From Octopus sinensis (lineage: Eukaryota), in assembly GCF_006345805.1 (NCBI RefSeq), contig NC_043011.1, forward strand, positions 60,586,464 to 60,650,463: a stretch of DNA of 64,000 nucleotides. The letters run 5' to 3'. The notes beneath the pieces are model-generated. The model was not told where the DNA came from. It made no database searches and was given only the letters and a program-made list of their open reading frames with translations. Position 1 is the stretch's first letter. Every line of letters starts with the position of its first letter. Made by a program: the position numbers and the translations under genes. This document shows, piece by piece, positions 49,563 through 61,984 of this stretch.

Positions 49563-50637
49563 AAACACATCACTGAACTCTTAGAGCTACTAGATAACAC
49601 TTGATTAAATCAAAACAATGTGTGTGCTGGTGCCACATTAAAAGCATTGGCGCTGGTGCCATGTAAAAAGCACCTGTGCCACTCTGTGGAGTGGTTGGCA
49701 TTAGGAAGGGCATCTGGCCATAGAAACCCTGTCAGAACAGACAACGGAGCCAGGTGTGGCCCCTGGCCTTACAAGCTGCAGCCAAACCATCAAACCCATG
49801 CAGGTATGGAAAACGGATGTTAAATGATGGTGGTAATTATGATGATGATGATGATGATGGTATTGGTGGTTGTAGATGTGAATAAATAATCAATACATTT
49901 TGACAGAGAAACCTGAATGCCAAAGAGTTAAACTGTACTAAGATTAAATGAGTTGAATGACGTTTAACGAGTTACATTCGGAGGTGAGTTGGAGGAATAA
50001 TATTTTAGAAAAAGCATTGCATTAAATGAATATTCCTTCTTTGCTGACTGTAATTCATTGTATTAAACAGGGCAGAGTTGTACACATAATCTTAAACTGT
50101 AATCCACCCTTAGCCAGTCTATTATCTTGAGAAGGTAAGGAAAGTTTGCCAAGTATAAATTATTTTGTTTGTGATAAAGAGGCAAAAAAGTAAAAGATTT
50201 CTGCAGTTTTTTTTTTGCTTTTCTTTTTCAGACTTGACCTAAGTGATATGGTGTCAGTTGATGGGAGTGAAAGAGGAAATAAATTGTGACTGAGAGGAAT
50301 AAGAGAATGAAGGAAGGAGAGAAGAAAGAAAAGATAACACAAGGAGAAAAATGTTATGAGGGCAAAGGTCAAAGTGAGGCAAATTGGGAAAATGTAGTGT
50401 GGTGGTGGAGGGGAGAGAGAGTGAGTAAAGTGGGATAGATTAAGATATGGAGAGGAGGAAAAAAGAAAATTAAAACAATTAAAACTCATTACTTATAAGC
50501 TAATGATAAACTGACAGACTATTCGACAATTGGTAGGTAGGTTTCTATAAACTACCTGTTTCTTAGTTTCTATTTATAATGTACTAAATAACATATCCAT
50601 AGACTTTTAGCCAACACTCTATGTTGCCATGCCTGTA

Positions 50638-50855
50638 TGAGGGGGTGCTGAAAAGTCCCTGGCTTTAAGGGCATTACAAAAGGCCTGATTGGAGGCCCAA
50701 CCATCTGAGTTCTTTTAACAGGGCTCAGAAAAACTGAAGGACTGCCACAATAAGTGTGTGGATCTGAAAAGGGAATATGTTGAATAAAATCTAAATTTTC
50801 TGATCATCCTGTGTTTTCTTTTACTCAAAGCCAGGAACTTTTCAGTAGCCCCTTG
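50638..50855 (+). mobile_element. Mariner-derived MITE
   Basis: ~30-bp TIRs tgagggggtgctgaaaagtccctggcttt / aaagccaggaacttttcagtagccccttg; TA at left end; internal KCVDLKREYVE* resembles the mariner transposase C-terminal KCxxxxGxYxE. Confidence 0.8.
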
Positions 50856-51039
50856 TTTCTCTATCCCTATCTATTAGACAAAATTCCCATGGGTTTCTGT
50901 GCAGACGGGAACTTAGGGTTCAAATGGCTGACTGGACTAATTGTTGTTGTTTATTCCCTGACTGCCCTTGATTTGAGTGGAGTGAGATCAAAAGAGGGCT
51001 TTCAAAACTAGTTACTGTATTAAGGCATGGGGAATTGGG

Positions 51040-51172
51040 TCATTTGTCTGAGTAGAGAAGTAGGGATGTGATCCACAGAGGACCAGCTTCATTTTGACGT
51101 ATGATACATGGTCCTGTGTCAGTAATTATACCTGTCCGAAACAAAATGGCATTACTTTTTGACTCACCCTCA
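51040..51172 (-). mobile_element. Mariner-like element terminus
   Basis: Minus strand TA-tgagggtgagtcaaaaagtaatgcc, a typical mariner TIR; other end not found. Confidence 0.6.
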
Positions 51173-52239
51173 TAAGTTAATTTCTCCATAACATCTGAGG
51201 TATTTTGATTTAGGTATGTAGCTTCAAGATTTGAAAGATATAATTGTTTATCTTTAGAATGACATTGCAGAATAGGTGTGAGATGCTGGTTCTGGCCAGT
51301 TTGAGGATAAAATGGATAGAATATTTGGGCTAGATACAACCAGTTTAAACAAGAAAGGTTTAAGTCATATGGTAAAAGAAAATTTACGAAGAATCTGAAG
51401 AAGACAGATTAAGAAAGATGTGCTGAGTATCTACAACAAGGCTTGTTACTTGTTTTGTAAATAATAAATCCTTTTCCAAATATTGTTAACGAAAATAAAT
51501 GGTTTCTTTTAATAATTACTGCCTGTGTCATGTTAAACTACTCCCAGTTCTTGTTTCATTGGTGGTTGGAGACAGGAAGGTGATCTAGTTGTTAAAATCA
51601 TCTTTTATTTCTTTCAGTCATTGGACTGCGACCAAGCTGGGGCACTGTCTTGAATGGTTTTCGTCAAACAAGTCAATCCTAATTCCTGTTTTAAGTTTGG
51701 TACTTATACTAGTTCACATCTTTTTGCTGAACTGTGGAGTTACAGGGACGTAAACAAACCAGCACCTGTTGTGAAGTGGGGGGACAGAGTCAAAGACACA
51801 CATACACGCACTTCATCAGCATCAACATTTAGTGTCTGTTTTCCATGCTGGCATAGGTTGGATGGTTTTGTCAGGAGCTGGCAAGGCCAACACACACACA
51901 AACACACACACACATGACAGGCTTCCATAAATTTTCCATCAACCAAATTCATTCCCAAGGCATTGGTCAGCCTCAGGAGTAAAAGACACTTGCCCAAAGC
52001 ACTGCATAGTGGAATTGAACCTGGAACCACATGGTGTCAAAGTGATCTTAACTCCACAGCCAGGCTTCTCTCACAAGTAACTAAAATAAAAAAAAAGCAA
52101 CATACAACAACAACAACAACAAAGACTAGTGCCTTTTTGTTGTGGTTGTTGTTGTGAGGTGTATCATCATCAGTTAGTGAGAGCCTGAGACAAAGGACAA
52201 CATACTGCGCAGGAAGACTTTTCTAACTGATACCAGGAA

Positions 52240-52586
52240 AGAACACCAGACATGATGATGATGATGATGATGATGAAGGCAATGGTGGTGATGATGGTGG
52301 GGGTATGATGGTAGTAGTGACGACGTCAGTGGTGTTGATGATGATGATGGTGGTGGTGGTGATGGTAGTAGTGTTGGTACAATGACAAAAATGTCAATGA
52401 TGGTGGAGAGGCATGATGATGACGACAATGGCGGGGATGGTGGTGATAGTTGTATGGTGATGGTGATGATGTTGGCAGTCGTATGATGGTGGTGGTGATA
52501 TAATGATAGCAATAGTGGTATGATGACGACGATGATGATGGTGGTGGTGGTGGTGGCAGTACCATGAAAATCATCACCACCATCGT

Positions 52587-52617
<31 letters not shown>

Positions 52618-52627
52618 ATCATCGTCG

Positions 52628-52659
<32 letters not shown>

Positions 52660-52670
52660 GTCATCATCAA
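52240..52670. repeat. Compound trinucleotide tract (GAT/GGT then GTC/CAT)
   Basis: Direct reading; source of the poly-H/M/T ORFs. Confidence 0.9.
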
Positions 52671-53189
52671 GCTGTATTAAGATACTGGTGACAGTCTGTG
52701 GAATCAGCTATTGTACTGATGACCTTTTTAATGTAAACATGATCATCTGTCACCGTTATCACTCAAGAGATAAACAGAGATTATGATGGAAGTAACATGA
52801 TGCCTTATAGGTAATAGCAAAAAAAAAAAAGTACTTTGGGGGTTTCTTTTCCTAATCTTGAGAAGAATTTACAATGTGAAAGATATTAAATGACACAGAG
52901 AATCAGAGAAAAGGAGAGAATGGTTTTAAGAAGAGATACCAACAAAAAAAATATAAATAAAATGTCTTTTAAAAGTAAAATAATTAAAAACAGGGAATAT
53001 TTTTAGAATTCCGAAGAAAGGAAAGAGAAAAGAGAAATAAAAGCTGAGAAAATATTTTTTGAAGAATTTAATTGGGGTTACAGAGCAAACAGCAAGGAAT
53101 TGGATTTATGTTTAAGAGAAATACTGGTTTACAGGAATTGAGGAAAAGGCAAAAGAAAATAAATTTAAAGACTATATATATGGAGATAT

Positions 53190-53480
53190 ATGGCTGTGTG
53201 GTAAGAGGTTTGATTCCCAGCCACATGGTTCCAGGTTCGGTCTCATGATGGGGTACCTAGGGCAAGAGTCTTTTACTGTAGCTTAGGGCAGTGGTTCCCA
53301 ACCTGTGGTCTGCAAAGGGTCCATGAACATGTTAAGCTGACAGACCTTTCAATATCCTAGGGTCTATGGAAAAACTCATTTAAAAAATCTTGGTAGTGAA
53401 AAGGTTGGGAATCACTGGCCTAAGTCCGACCAAACCCTTGTGAGTGAATTTGGTAGACAGAAACTGGAAAACCTATCACA
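53190..53480 (+). mobile_element. SINE family B interrupted by a hAT MITE (53289-53417)
   Basis: MITE TIRs cagtggttcccaacct / aggttgggaatcactg; duplicated target gcttaggg / gcctaagt corresponds to the SINE's gcctcggg. Confidence 0.85.
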
Positions 53481-53512
53481 CACATACATGCACGCACATG
53501 CACACACACACA

Positions 53513-53544
<32 letters not shown>

Positions 53545-53863
53545 TTGATGTTAGAAAGGATATCTAGCTGCAGAAACCATGGAGTTTGAACAGCTCTTCA
53601 GCTGGTCAGATCTTGTTAAACCGTCCAACCCATGCCAGCATGGAAAACAGACGTTAAATGATGATGATGGTAAATAACAATAACAACGTGAGGATGGAAA
53701 TTCATGGTGTGCAGTGTAGACACACATGTTGCAATGCATAAATAAAGCCATTGAATTTCCATCCACATGTTATTGCTATTATTATGATATTTATCCTAAG
53801 CCAAAAGGAATTCCATGTGAATACATTTACCATTGGATTATCTTGGGAAATCGAATTAACAGG

Positions 53864-54208
53864 TGATCTCATTCTCGCCCACAACATCATAAGCGGGAAG
53901 TGTAACCTCTCGAAAGAGCTGTTCTTCACTCCTGCTCCGGAGCGTCGGCTGTGGGGTCATTCCGAAAAGCTCTACCTGCGACGATTTCATCTCAATCGAA
54001 GGAGAGGAGCTTTCTCCGTCCGGGTTGCAGATCCGTGGAACAAGCTGCCAGACGAGATGGTGAAGATGCCGACGACCGCTTTGTTCAAAGCCTCCCTGGA
54101 CCTCAAGTGGCCTGAACTCTTTACATGAACACCACCCTGTACTTAACTCCATGTCCCCCTACATGGCCTTGCTATTTGCTTTTGAGCCAAATTAACTAAC
54201 TAACTAAC
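53864..54208 (+). mobile_element. CR1-clade LINE, 5'-truncated 3' end
   Basis: GDLILAHNIISG...GHSEKL...RRGAFSVRVADPWNKLPDEMV...FKASLD matches the CR1 RT tail; (TAAC)n tail; candidate TSD aacagg (53858-63, 54209-14). Confidence 0.9.
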
Positions 54209-54266
54209 AACAGGAAGCATAGGAGCTCTGATGACAGCATTACAAAGCTAAACATCTATGACAGCA

Positions 54267-54642
54267 TCTCTCTATATATAAGCGGCAAAATGTCTGTCTG
54301 TGTGTGTGTGTGCATGTCCTTTATACAAATCCACAATTTTTCATTTAGAGGGCTAACACTTTTTTATGGTCATTCAAAACCATCCAAGGGTGGTCGTGCA
54401 CATCCTTACATTTCCCTAGTCACTCCACAAAGCCATTAAAAATCAATACAAGTGACTTTTTTGTGAATTTTCTATCCCAGACCCAATCAAAATGCCCGAA
54501 ACTTGATACGCCAATTGAATGCCAGCTAACTGTATGTGATTGGTCAGAAATTTGGATAGTACTCGCGTGTATGTGCGCACGCATGCAGCTGTATATGCAT
54601 GCACTAGCACTATGACCTAGCATTGCTGGGTCATAGTGCTAG
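54267..54642 (+). mobile_element. Non-autonomous Helitron, complete (second family)
   Basis: A|TCtctctatatataag 5' end; (TG)n; 3' hairpin ending CTAG|T. Confidence 0.85.
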
Positions 54643-55397
54643 TTACAAAAATAAACATCTGTGTGTGTGTGTGTGTGTGTGTGTGTCTTTTTCCTCTACC
54701 ACCAACTGGTTTTGGTGTATTTACATCTGCATAACTTAGCAGTTTGGCAAAAGTGACTGATAGAACAGGTACAAGGCTTTTAAAAAAAGCAAGTAAGTAC
54801 TGGGGTCATTTATTTAACTAAAATTCTTCAAGGCAGTGCTGTAGCATGGTCACAGTCTAATGAGTGAACCAAAAAAAAAAAAATTTAAATATAAAAACAT
54901 GAAGAGAGATTTCAAGCTGCCTTGATTTTCTTTCAGAATTTGCATAAAAGCTTAAAAAAAATAATAAAAAATTAATAAGTAAATAAAACCTAAAATATTT
55001 AAAAAAAAAATAAAAAAGAACTGTGGTACTGGCATTTGACCTTATCTTGGCAGAGAATGCTATCAGAAAAAAGTCACTGGCTTCCATTTCCAAGAAAGGG
55101 CCCAGTTATTGATTTTCAGTCTTTTATCAATTTACCATGCAGAACACAATTCTTTCGTCTTTTTTTTTTTCACTCTTTAGAATAAATCACTTTTGTTACA
55201 ATTTCTTTTTTTTTTTTAGCATATTTTAATGTTTTATTTTACTGCATTTATTTCTTATTTAAGTGGCAAACTGGCAGAATCGTTAGTGCATCAGGCAGAA
55301 TCGTTAGTGCATTAATTCTAGCTATTTATGTTCTGTGTTCAAATTCCAGTGAGGATGACTTAGCTTTTCATCATTTGGAGTTGATAAAAATAAAGTA

Positions 55398-55750
55398 CCA
55401 ACCACATGGTTCCGGGTTCAGTCCCACTGCGTGGCATCTTGGGCAAGTGTCTTCTGCTAAAGCCCCGGGCCGACCAATGCCTTGTGAGTGGATTTGGTAG
55501 ACGGAAACTGAAATAAGCCTGTCGTATATATGTATGTGTGTGTGTGTTTGTGTGTCTGTGTTTATCCCCCTAGCATTGCTGGTGTGTTTGCGTCCCCGTC
55601 ACTTAGCGGTTCGGCAAAAGAGACCGATAGAATAAGTACTGGGCTTACAAAGAATAAGTCCCAGGGTCGATTTACTCGACTAAAGGCGGTGCTCCAGCAT
55701 GGCCGCAGTCAAATGACTGAAACAAGTAAAAGAGTAAAAAGAGTAAAGAG
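55398..55750 (+). mobile_element. SINE family B, young-looking copy
   Basis: CpG-rich and close to the family consensus; (taaaagag) tail. Confidence 0.9.
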
Positions 55751-55800
55751 AGTCTAATGCTAGGATCAATGTAACAAAGCATATCAGGATACTTACCCCA

Positions 55801-55942
55801 CTAGGACAGTTACGCCCCCTATGATAATTACCCCCTCTTCAATATATTAAGAAGTTTTAAATCATCATCTGTTGTCCTCAGGGGTAAATGTTCTTGGTGG
55901 TGAGGGGGAGGGTTTATTGTGCAAGGGGTGTAAATGTCCTAG
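55801..55942. mobile_element. Unclassified MITE
   Basis: 18-bp TIRs ctaggacagttacgcccc / ggggtgtaaatgtcctag (16 of 18 match). Confidence 0.7.
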
Positions 55943-56226
55943 ACTTGTAATGAATTATAGCCCTCCCTATAAAATTTCGAGTTTGTACCTATATAGGAAA
56001 TAATATGTCAGTGAGCTGAGAGAATTGCTTGATGTTTAATGCACAAAATTTCTGAGTAATACTTCTGCTGATCCTTTATGATCTAAATTCAAATTCCACC
56101 AAGGTGGACACTTCTTTTCACCCCCTTTGAGGTCACTGAGCACTGGGTTTTATGTAATAATTGTACCCACTTGCCCCAAAATTGCTGTTCTTGTGCCAAA
56201 ATTTAAAGCAATTATATATATTTATA

Positions 56227-56626
56227 TTCTTTTCTACTCTAGGCACAAGGCCTGAAATTTTTGAGGAGGAACCAGTCAATTAGATTGGCACCAGTACACA
56301 ACTGGTACTTAATTTATCATCCCCAAAAGGATGAAAGGCAAAGTTGACCTTGGCGGAATTTGAACTCAGAACGTAACGGCAGACGAAATACCTCTTTCTT
56401 TACTACCCACAAGGGGCTAAACACAGAGGGGACAAACAAGGACAGACAAATGGATTAAGTCGATTACATCGATCCCAGTGCATAACTGGTACTTAATTTA
56501 TTGACCCCCGAAAGGATGAAAGGCAAAGTTGACCTCGGCGGAATTTGAACTCAGAGTGTAGAGACAGACGAAATACCACTAAGCATTTCACCCGGCATGC
56601 TAACGTTTCTGCCAGTTTGCCACCTT
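56227..56626 (-). mobile_element. Dimeric SINE family A
   Basis: Essentially the same internal junction as the 39563 and 41617 copies. Confidence 0.88.
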
Positions 56627-56985
56627 ATGTTTATATTATTTTAGTGTCTGTTTTTTTTTTATATCAAGTTATAATATAAACAATTTTACATTAAACGGAT
56701 GGAGAACTCAATACATTTTGTAGAGTATACATTATGAACTCTTAAAAATAGGGCAGTCCAGAAGTTTGAAGTCACTGTCAACACTATGATTTTAAAACAA
56801 TTGATATATATATATGAATACACACACAAACACACACTGCTATGTTAAGGCATGTGGCCCAGTAGTAAGGGTGTTGCACTCATGGTCACTAAATTTTGGG
56901 GTTCAGTTACCAGACCAGGTGGTGGGTTGTGTTCTAGAGTAAAACGCTTCATTTCCTGTTGCCCTGTGATTATTTCAACATCTGA

Positions 56986-59128
56986 CATGTGGCACACATA
57001 CATACATTTTGATCACTATAAACAAAACATGTGGCACACATACATTTTGATCACTATGAAGAAATCTGTGGCACAAATACATTTTGATCACTATAAACAA
57101 AACATGTGGCACACATACATTTTGATCACTATAAACAAAACATGTGGACACATACTTTTGATCACTATAAACAAAACATGTGGCACACATACATTTTGAT
57201 CACTATAAACAAAACATGTGGCACACATACATTTTGATCACTATAAACAAAACATGTGGCACACATACATTTTGATCACTATAAACAAAACATGTGGCAC
57301 ACATACATTTGATCACTATAAACAAAAATGTGGCACACATACTTTTGATCACTATAAACAAAACATGTGGCACACATACATTTTGATCACTATAAACAAA
57401 ACCATGTGGCACAAATACATTTTGATCACTATAAACAAAACATGTGGCACAACATACATTTTGATCACTATAAACAAAACATGTGGCACACATACATTTT
57501 GATCACTATAAACAAAACATGTGTGGACACATACATTTTGATCACTATAAACAAAACATGTGGCACACATACATTTTGATCACTACTATAAAACAAAACA
57601 ATGTGGCACACATACATTTTGATCACTATAAACAAAACATGTGGCACACATAATTTTGATCACTATAAACAAAACATGTGGCACAAATACATTTTGATCA
57701 ATAAACAAAACATGTGGCACAAATACATTTTGATCACTATAAACAAAACATGTGGCACACATACATTTTGATCACTATAAACAAAACATGTGGCACAAAT
57801 ACTTTTGATCACTATAAAAAAACATGTGGCAAATACATTTGATCACTATAAACAAAACATGTGGCACAAATACATTTTGATCACTATAAACAAAACATGT
57901 GGCACACATACATTTTGATCACTATAAACAAAACATGTGGCACAAATACATTTTGATCACTATAAACAAAACATGTGGCACAAATACATTTTGATCACTA
58001 TAAACAAAACATGTGGCACACATACATTTTGATCACTATAAACAAAACATGTGGCACACATACATTTTGATCACTATAAACAAAACATGTGGCACACATA
58101 CATTTTGATCACTATAAACAAAACATGTGGCACACATACATTTTGATCACTATAAACAAACATGTGGCACACATACATTTTGATCACTATAAAACAAAAC
58201 ATGTGGCACACATACATTTTGATCACTATAAACAAAACATGTGGCACACATACATTTTGATCACTATAAACAAAACATGTGGCACACATACATTTTGATC
58301 ACTATAAACAAAACATGTGGCACACATACATTTTGATCACTATAAACAAAACATGTGGCACAAATACATTTTGATCACTATAAACAAAACATGTGGCACA
58401 CATACATTTTGATCACTATAAACAAAACATGTGGCACAAATACATTTTGATCACTATAAACAAACATGTGGCACACATACATTTTGATCACTACAAAACA
58501 ACATGTGGCACACATACATTTTGATCACTATAAACAAAACATGTGGCACACATACATTTTGATCACTATAAACAAAACATGTGGCACACATACATTTGAT
58601 CACTATAAACAAAACATGTGGCACACATACATTTTGATCACTATAAACAAAACATGTGGCACACATACATTTTGATCACTATAAACAAAACATGTGGCAC
58701 ACATACATTTGATCACTATAAACAAACATGTGGCACACATACATTTTGATCACTATAAACAAAACATGTGGCACACATACATTTTGATCACTATAAACAA
58801 AAATGTGGCACACATACTTTTGATCACTATAAACAAAACATGTGGCACACATACATTTTGATCACTATAAACAAAACTGTGGCACACATACATTTTGATC
58901 ACTATAAACAAAACATGTGGCACAAATACATTTGATCACTATAAACAAAACATGTGGCACACATACATTTTGATCACTATAAACAAAACATGTGGCACAC
59001 ATACATTTTGATCACTATAAACAAAACATGTGGCACAAATACATTTTGATCACTATATACAAAACATGTGGCACACATACATTTTGATCACTATAAACAA
59101 AACATGTGGCACACATACATTTTGATCA
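56986..59128. repeat. 38-bp tandem satellite, about 56 copies
   Basis: Unit catgtggcacacatacattttgatcactataaacaaaa; period 38 (tggcac at 57181 and 57219); no unique spacers. Confidence 0.97.
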
Positions 59129-59231
59129 AATTATTTGTGCAGGTTGCTCAGTAAAAACTAAACACTCACATGTCGTCTTGCACAGGAGAATCCAAATTAT
59201 GTGCTGCTGGATTTTAATGGAAAACATTTAC

Positions 59232-59279
59232 CTCTTCACAAATAACCACATGTAGTGAATTTATAATCCCAACTCTATC
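59232..59279 (-). CDS. Candidate 48-nt internal exon
   Basis: Acceptor tttctacaaatctctctgcag, donor GAG|GTAAAT; DRVGIINSLHVVICEE, phase 0-0. Confidence 0.3.
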
Positions 59280-59839
59280 CTGCAGAGAGATTTGTAGAAA
59301 CATGAAGGGCTTGACCAATGACTAATCTTCCCTGTTCTTTTCAATAAATCGCTCAAAAGCAGACATGTCAGTGACAGTCAATCGGTGAGTGCAATAAACC
59401 AAACATCCCCCAGAAGATTGGTTATTGCTTGTTATAGATAAACATGGCTGAGGAAAGAACAAAAAAAAAAAAAAAATAAAGGTAACAAACAAAATCTCCA
59501 AGAGGATTATCTCCTGTTCCCAGACAGTTACATTAACTTTTCTCTGCTAAACATGGTTTTAATTCTCAAATATTGTTTCCTACCATAATAATAATAATAG
59601 TAATAAAACAAGGAAAAAAAGATTATAAAATCTTGTTCTGTTTGTAAACATTCCACACAACATGACACACATGCAAACTGGTATTAAGTCTTGGAGTAAA
59701 TGAAAATGGTTTTAAGTGCAGTTTTAAATCTTTAATTGATTGAATAAGAAAAGCGTTATCAAATAAAAAAGATAATGAAAAGATATTGGCAGGAAGGGCC
59801 ATGTCAGAATAGATTTTATTTTACCTCACTCACTCACTC

Positions 59840-59849
59840 ACTCTGTCTT

Positions 59850-59902
<53 letters not shown>

Positions 59903-60120
59903 ATATATATATATATATATGTGTATATATATATACATACATACATATATACATACACACACACACATGCATACACAAATAAAAGTACATATTTTTAGAT
60001 ACACTCCTATATTGAAACGTACATACATACACACATACATATATATATATATATATTATATATATATATATAATATATATATATATACATACACATACAT
60101 GCATATACATATACACCTAC

Positions 60121-60189
<69 letters not shown>

Positions 60190-60260
60190 CACACACACAC
60201 ATATATACACACACATACACACCCACACACACACACACATGCATATACATATATACACCA
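59840..60260. repeat. Compound (TG)/(TA)/(CA) microsatellite
   Basis: Direct reading. Confidence 0.95.
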
Positions 60261-60419
60261 CAGGCTTCTTCCATCTACCATATTCACTAACAAGGCTTTG
60301 GTCAGTTTTGGGTTACAGTGGGAGAAGACATCTGTCCAAATGCCAAGCAGTGGAACTAAAACCAAAGATCACACAATTCTGAAACAAGCTTCCTAACCAT
60401 ATAGCCATGTTTACACCTG

Positions 60420-60720
60420 AGAAAACTCCTCAGCCGTGACCCTTTGAAGAGCGACCAAAACAGTAAGGTGAAGAAGGAAGAAGAGATCAATGTCATGTGA
60501 CCAAAACCGATAGACAGAACCTGTCGTTACTGTGAATCAGCCTTAGACAGGAGAACTGATCTGTGTTAAAGTTTCTCATGGATTTTCTACGAGAAAATAA
60601 GCTTTAGTGTATACCGTAACTAAAAGAGTGTGTTTGCGATTAACTGCAGTTGCAGTCGGCCTTTTTTTGGCAGCTGGCCATGACACGTCTGGAATTGGTA
60701 TTTCAAATGTAAATCCCTGA
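60420..60720. other. Unique CpG-enriched island (promoter or exon candidate)
   Basis: 9 CpG in ~300 bp of non-repeat DNA; GTCATGTGAC at 60492-60501; possible minus exon 60615-60716; possible plus ATG exon 60680-60697. Confidence 0.25.
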
Positions 60721-61096
60721 ACAGCTAACATAATTACATTTCAATGTTCTCAATAGATTGGATATACATGTATGTGTGATAGATATAATATATATATATA
60801 TATATACACACACTTACATACACACTTATGTATGTATAAATATATACATGTATATATATATATATATGCATGTATCTGTGTGTGTGGTGTGTATATGTAT
60901 ATATATATCTGTCAAACATTGTATGTGTGTATAATATATATTATATATATATATATATAATATATATATATATGTACTTTATTTAAAAGCAACAGAAATA
61001 TAACAAAGGCTGTTACTCAGAGTTTCATGTTCCCCTACCTCTGGTATTTGAGTACTCTTTTTTTCCCACCTTGTATCACATTAATGTGCTTACTCC

Positions 61097-61170
<74 letters not shown>

Positions 61171-61478
61171 ATTATTGTATTTCAGGATGGCCGTTTTATT
61201 CTCCTTTTCACCAAATAAACACTTTATATTCATTTTTCATTACAGTTTTATTATTGTTCTTATTTTAGTGTCGCTTGTCTGAAATCCTACATCACACTTC
61301 CTGAGACCCCTTCAGCAACTCTCCATTCCATGTGTCACCTCCTGCTCTTAGAGAGTACTGGGAGCTTCTTACAAGGCTCAGGGGCTACTTACATGTCACT
61401 GGCACAAGTACTTTTCATGTGGCACCAGCACACTCACACTCACACACACATATATATATATATATGTGTGTGTGTGTG

Positions 61479-61516
<38 letters not shown>

Positions 61517-61664
61517 TAGATATATATATTTATGTATTTATGTATGTATTATATAGTTTGTGCTTGAGGAGACCTTTTGAGTCAAGTACATCAACATCAA
61601 AATAGAAATAAAATGGGAAATTGTAGTTTTATATTAAAAGCACCAACCTATTGTAGCCGTTGCC

Positions 61665-61868
61665 AACCTCCTCTGGCCCCTGTACCGGTGGCACGTAAAA
61701 AGCACCCACTACACTCACGGAGTGGTTGGCATTGGGAAGGGCATCCAGCTGTAGAAACTATGCCAGATCAGACTGGAGCCTGGTGCAGCCTCTTGGCGTC
61801 CCAGACCCTGGTTGAACCGTCCAACCCATGCTAGCATGGCAAACGGATGTTAATTGATGATGATGATG

Positions 61869-61870
<2 letters not shown>
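61665..61870 (+). mobile_element. Family C retroposon (one head unit)
   Basis: Conserved body plus GAT tail. Confidence 0.85.
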
Positions 61871-61899
<29 letters not shown>

Positions 61900-61907
61900 A
61901 GTATATA

Positions 61908-61983
<76 letters not shown>

Positions 61984-61984
61984 C

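Noticed and set aside
52174-52670. Poly-His/Met/Thr ORFs
   Set aside because: Trinucleotide microsatellite.
54224-54266. CTGATGA-cagc...gct-AAAC...GAC-agc
   Set aside because: G12 is missing and the triplet is GAC; too many lesions to separate from chance.
56986-59128. 38-bp array as a CRISPR locus or repeat-protein CDS
   Set aside because: Units are head-to-tail with no unique spacers, there are no cas genes, and the context is eukaryotic; frequent indels break every frame.
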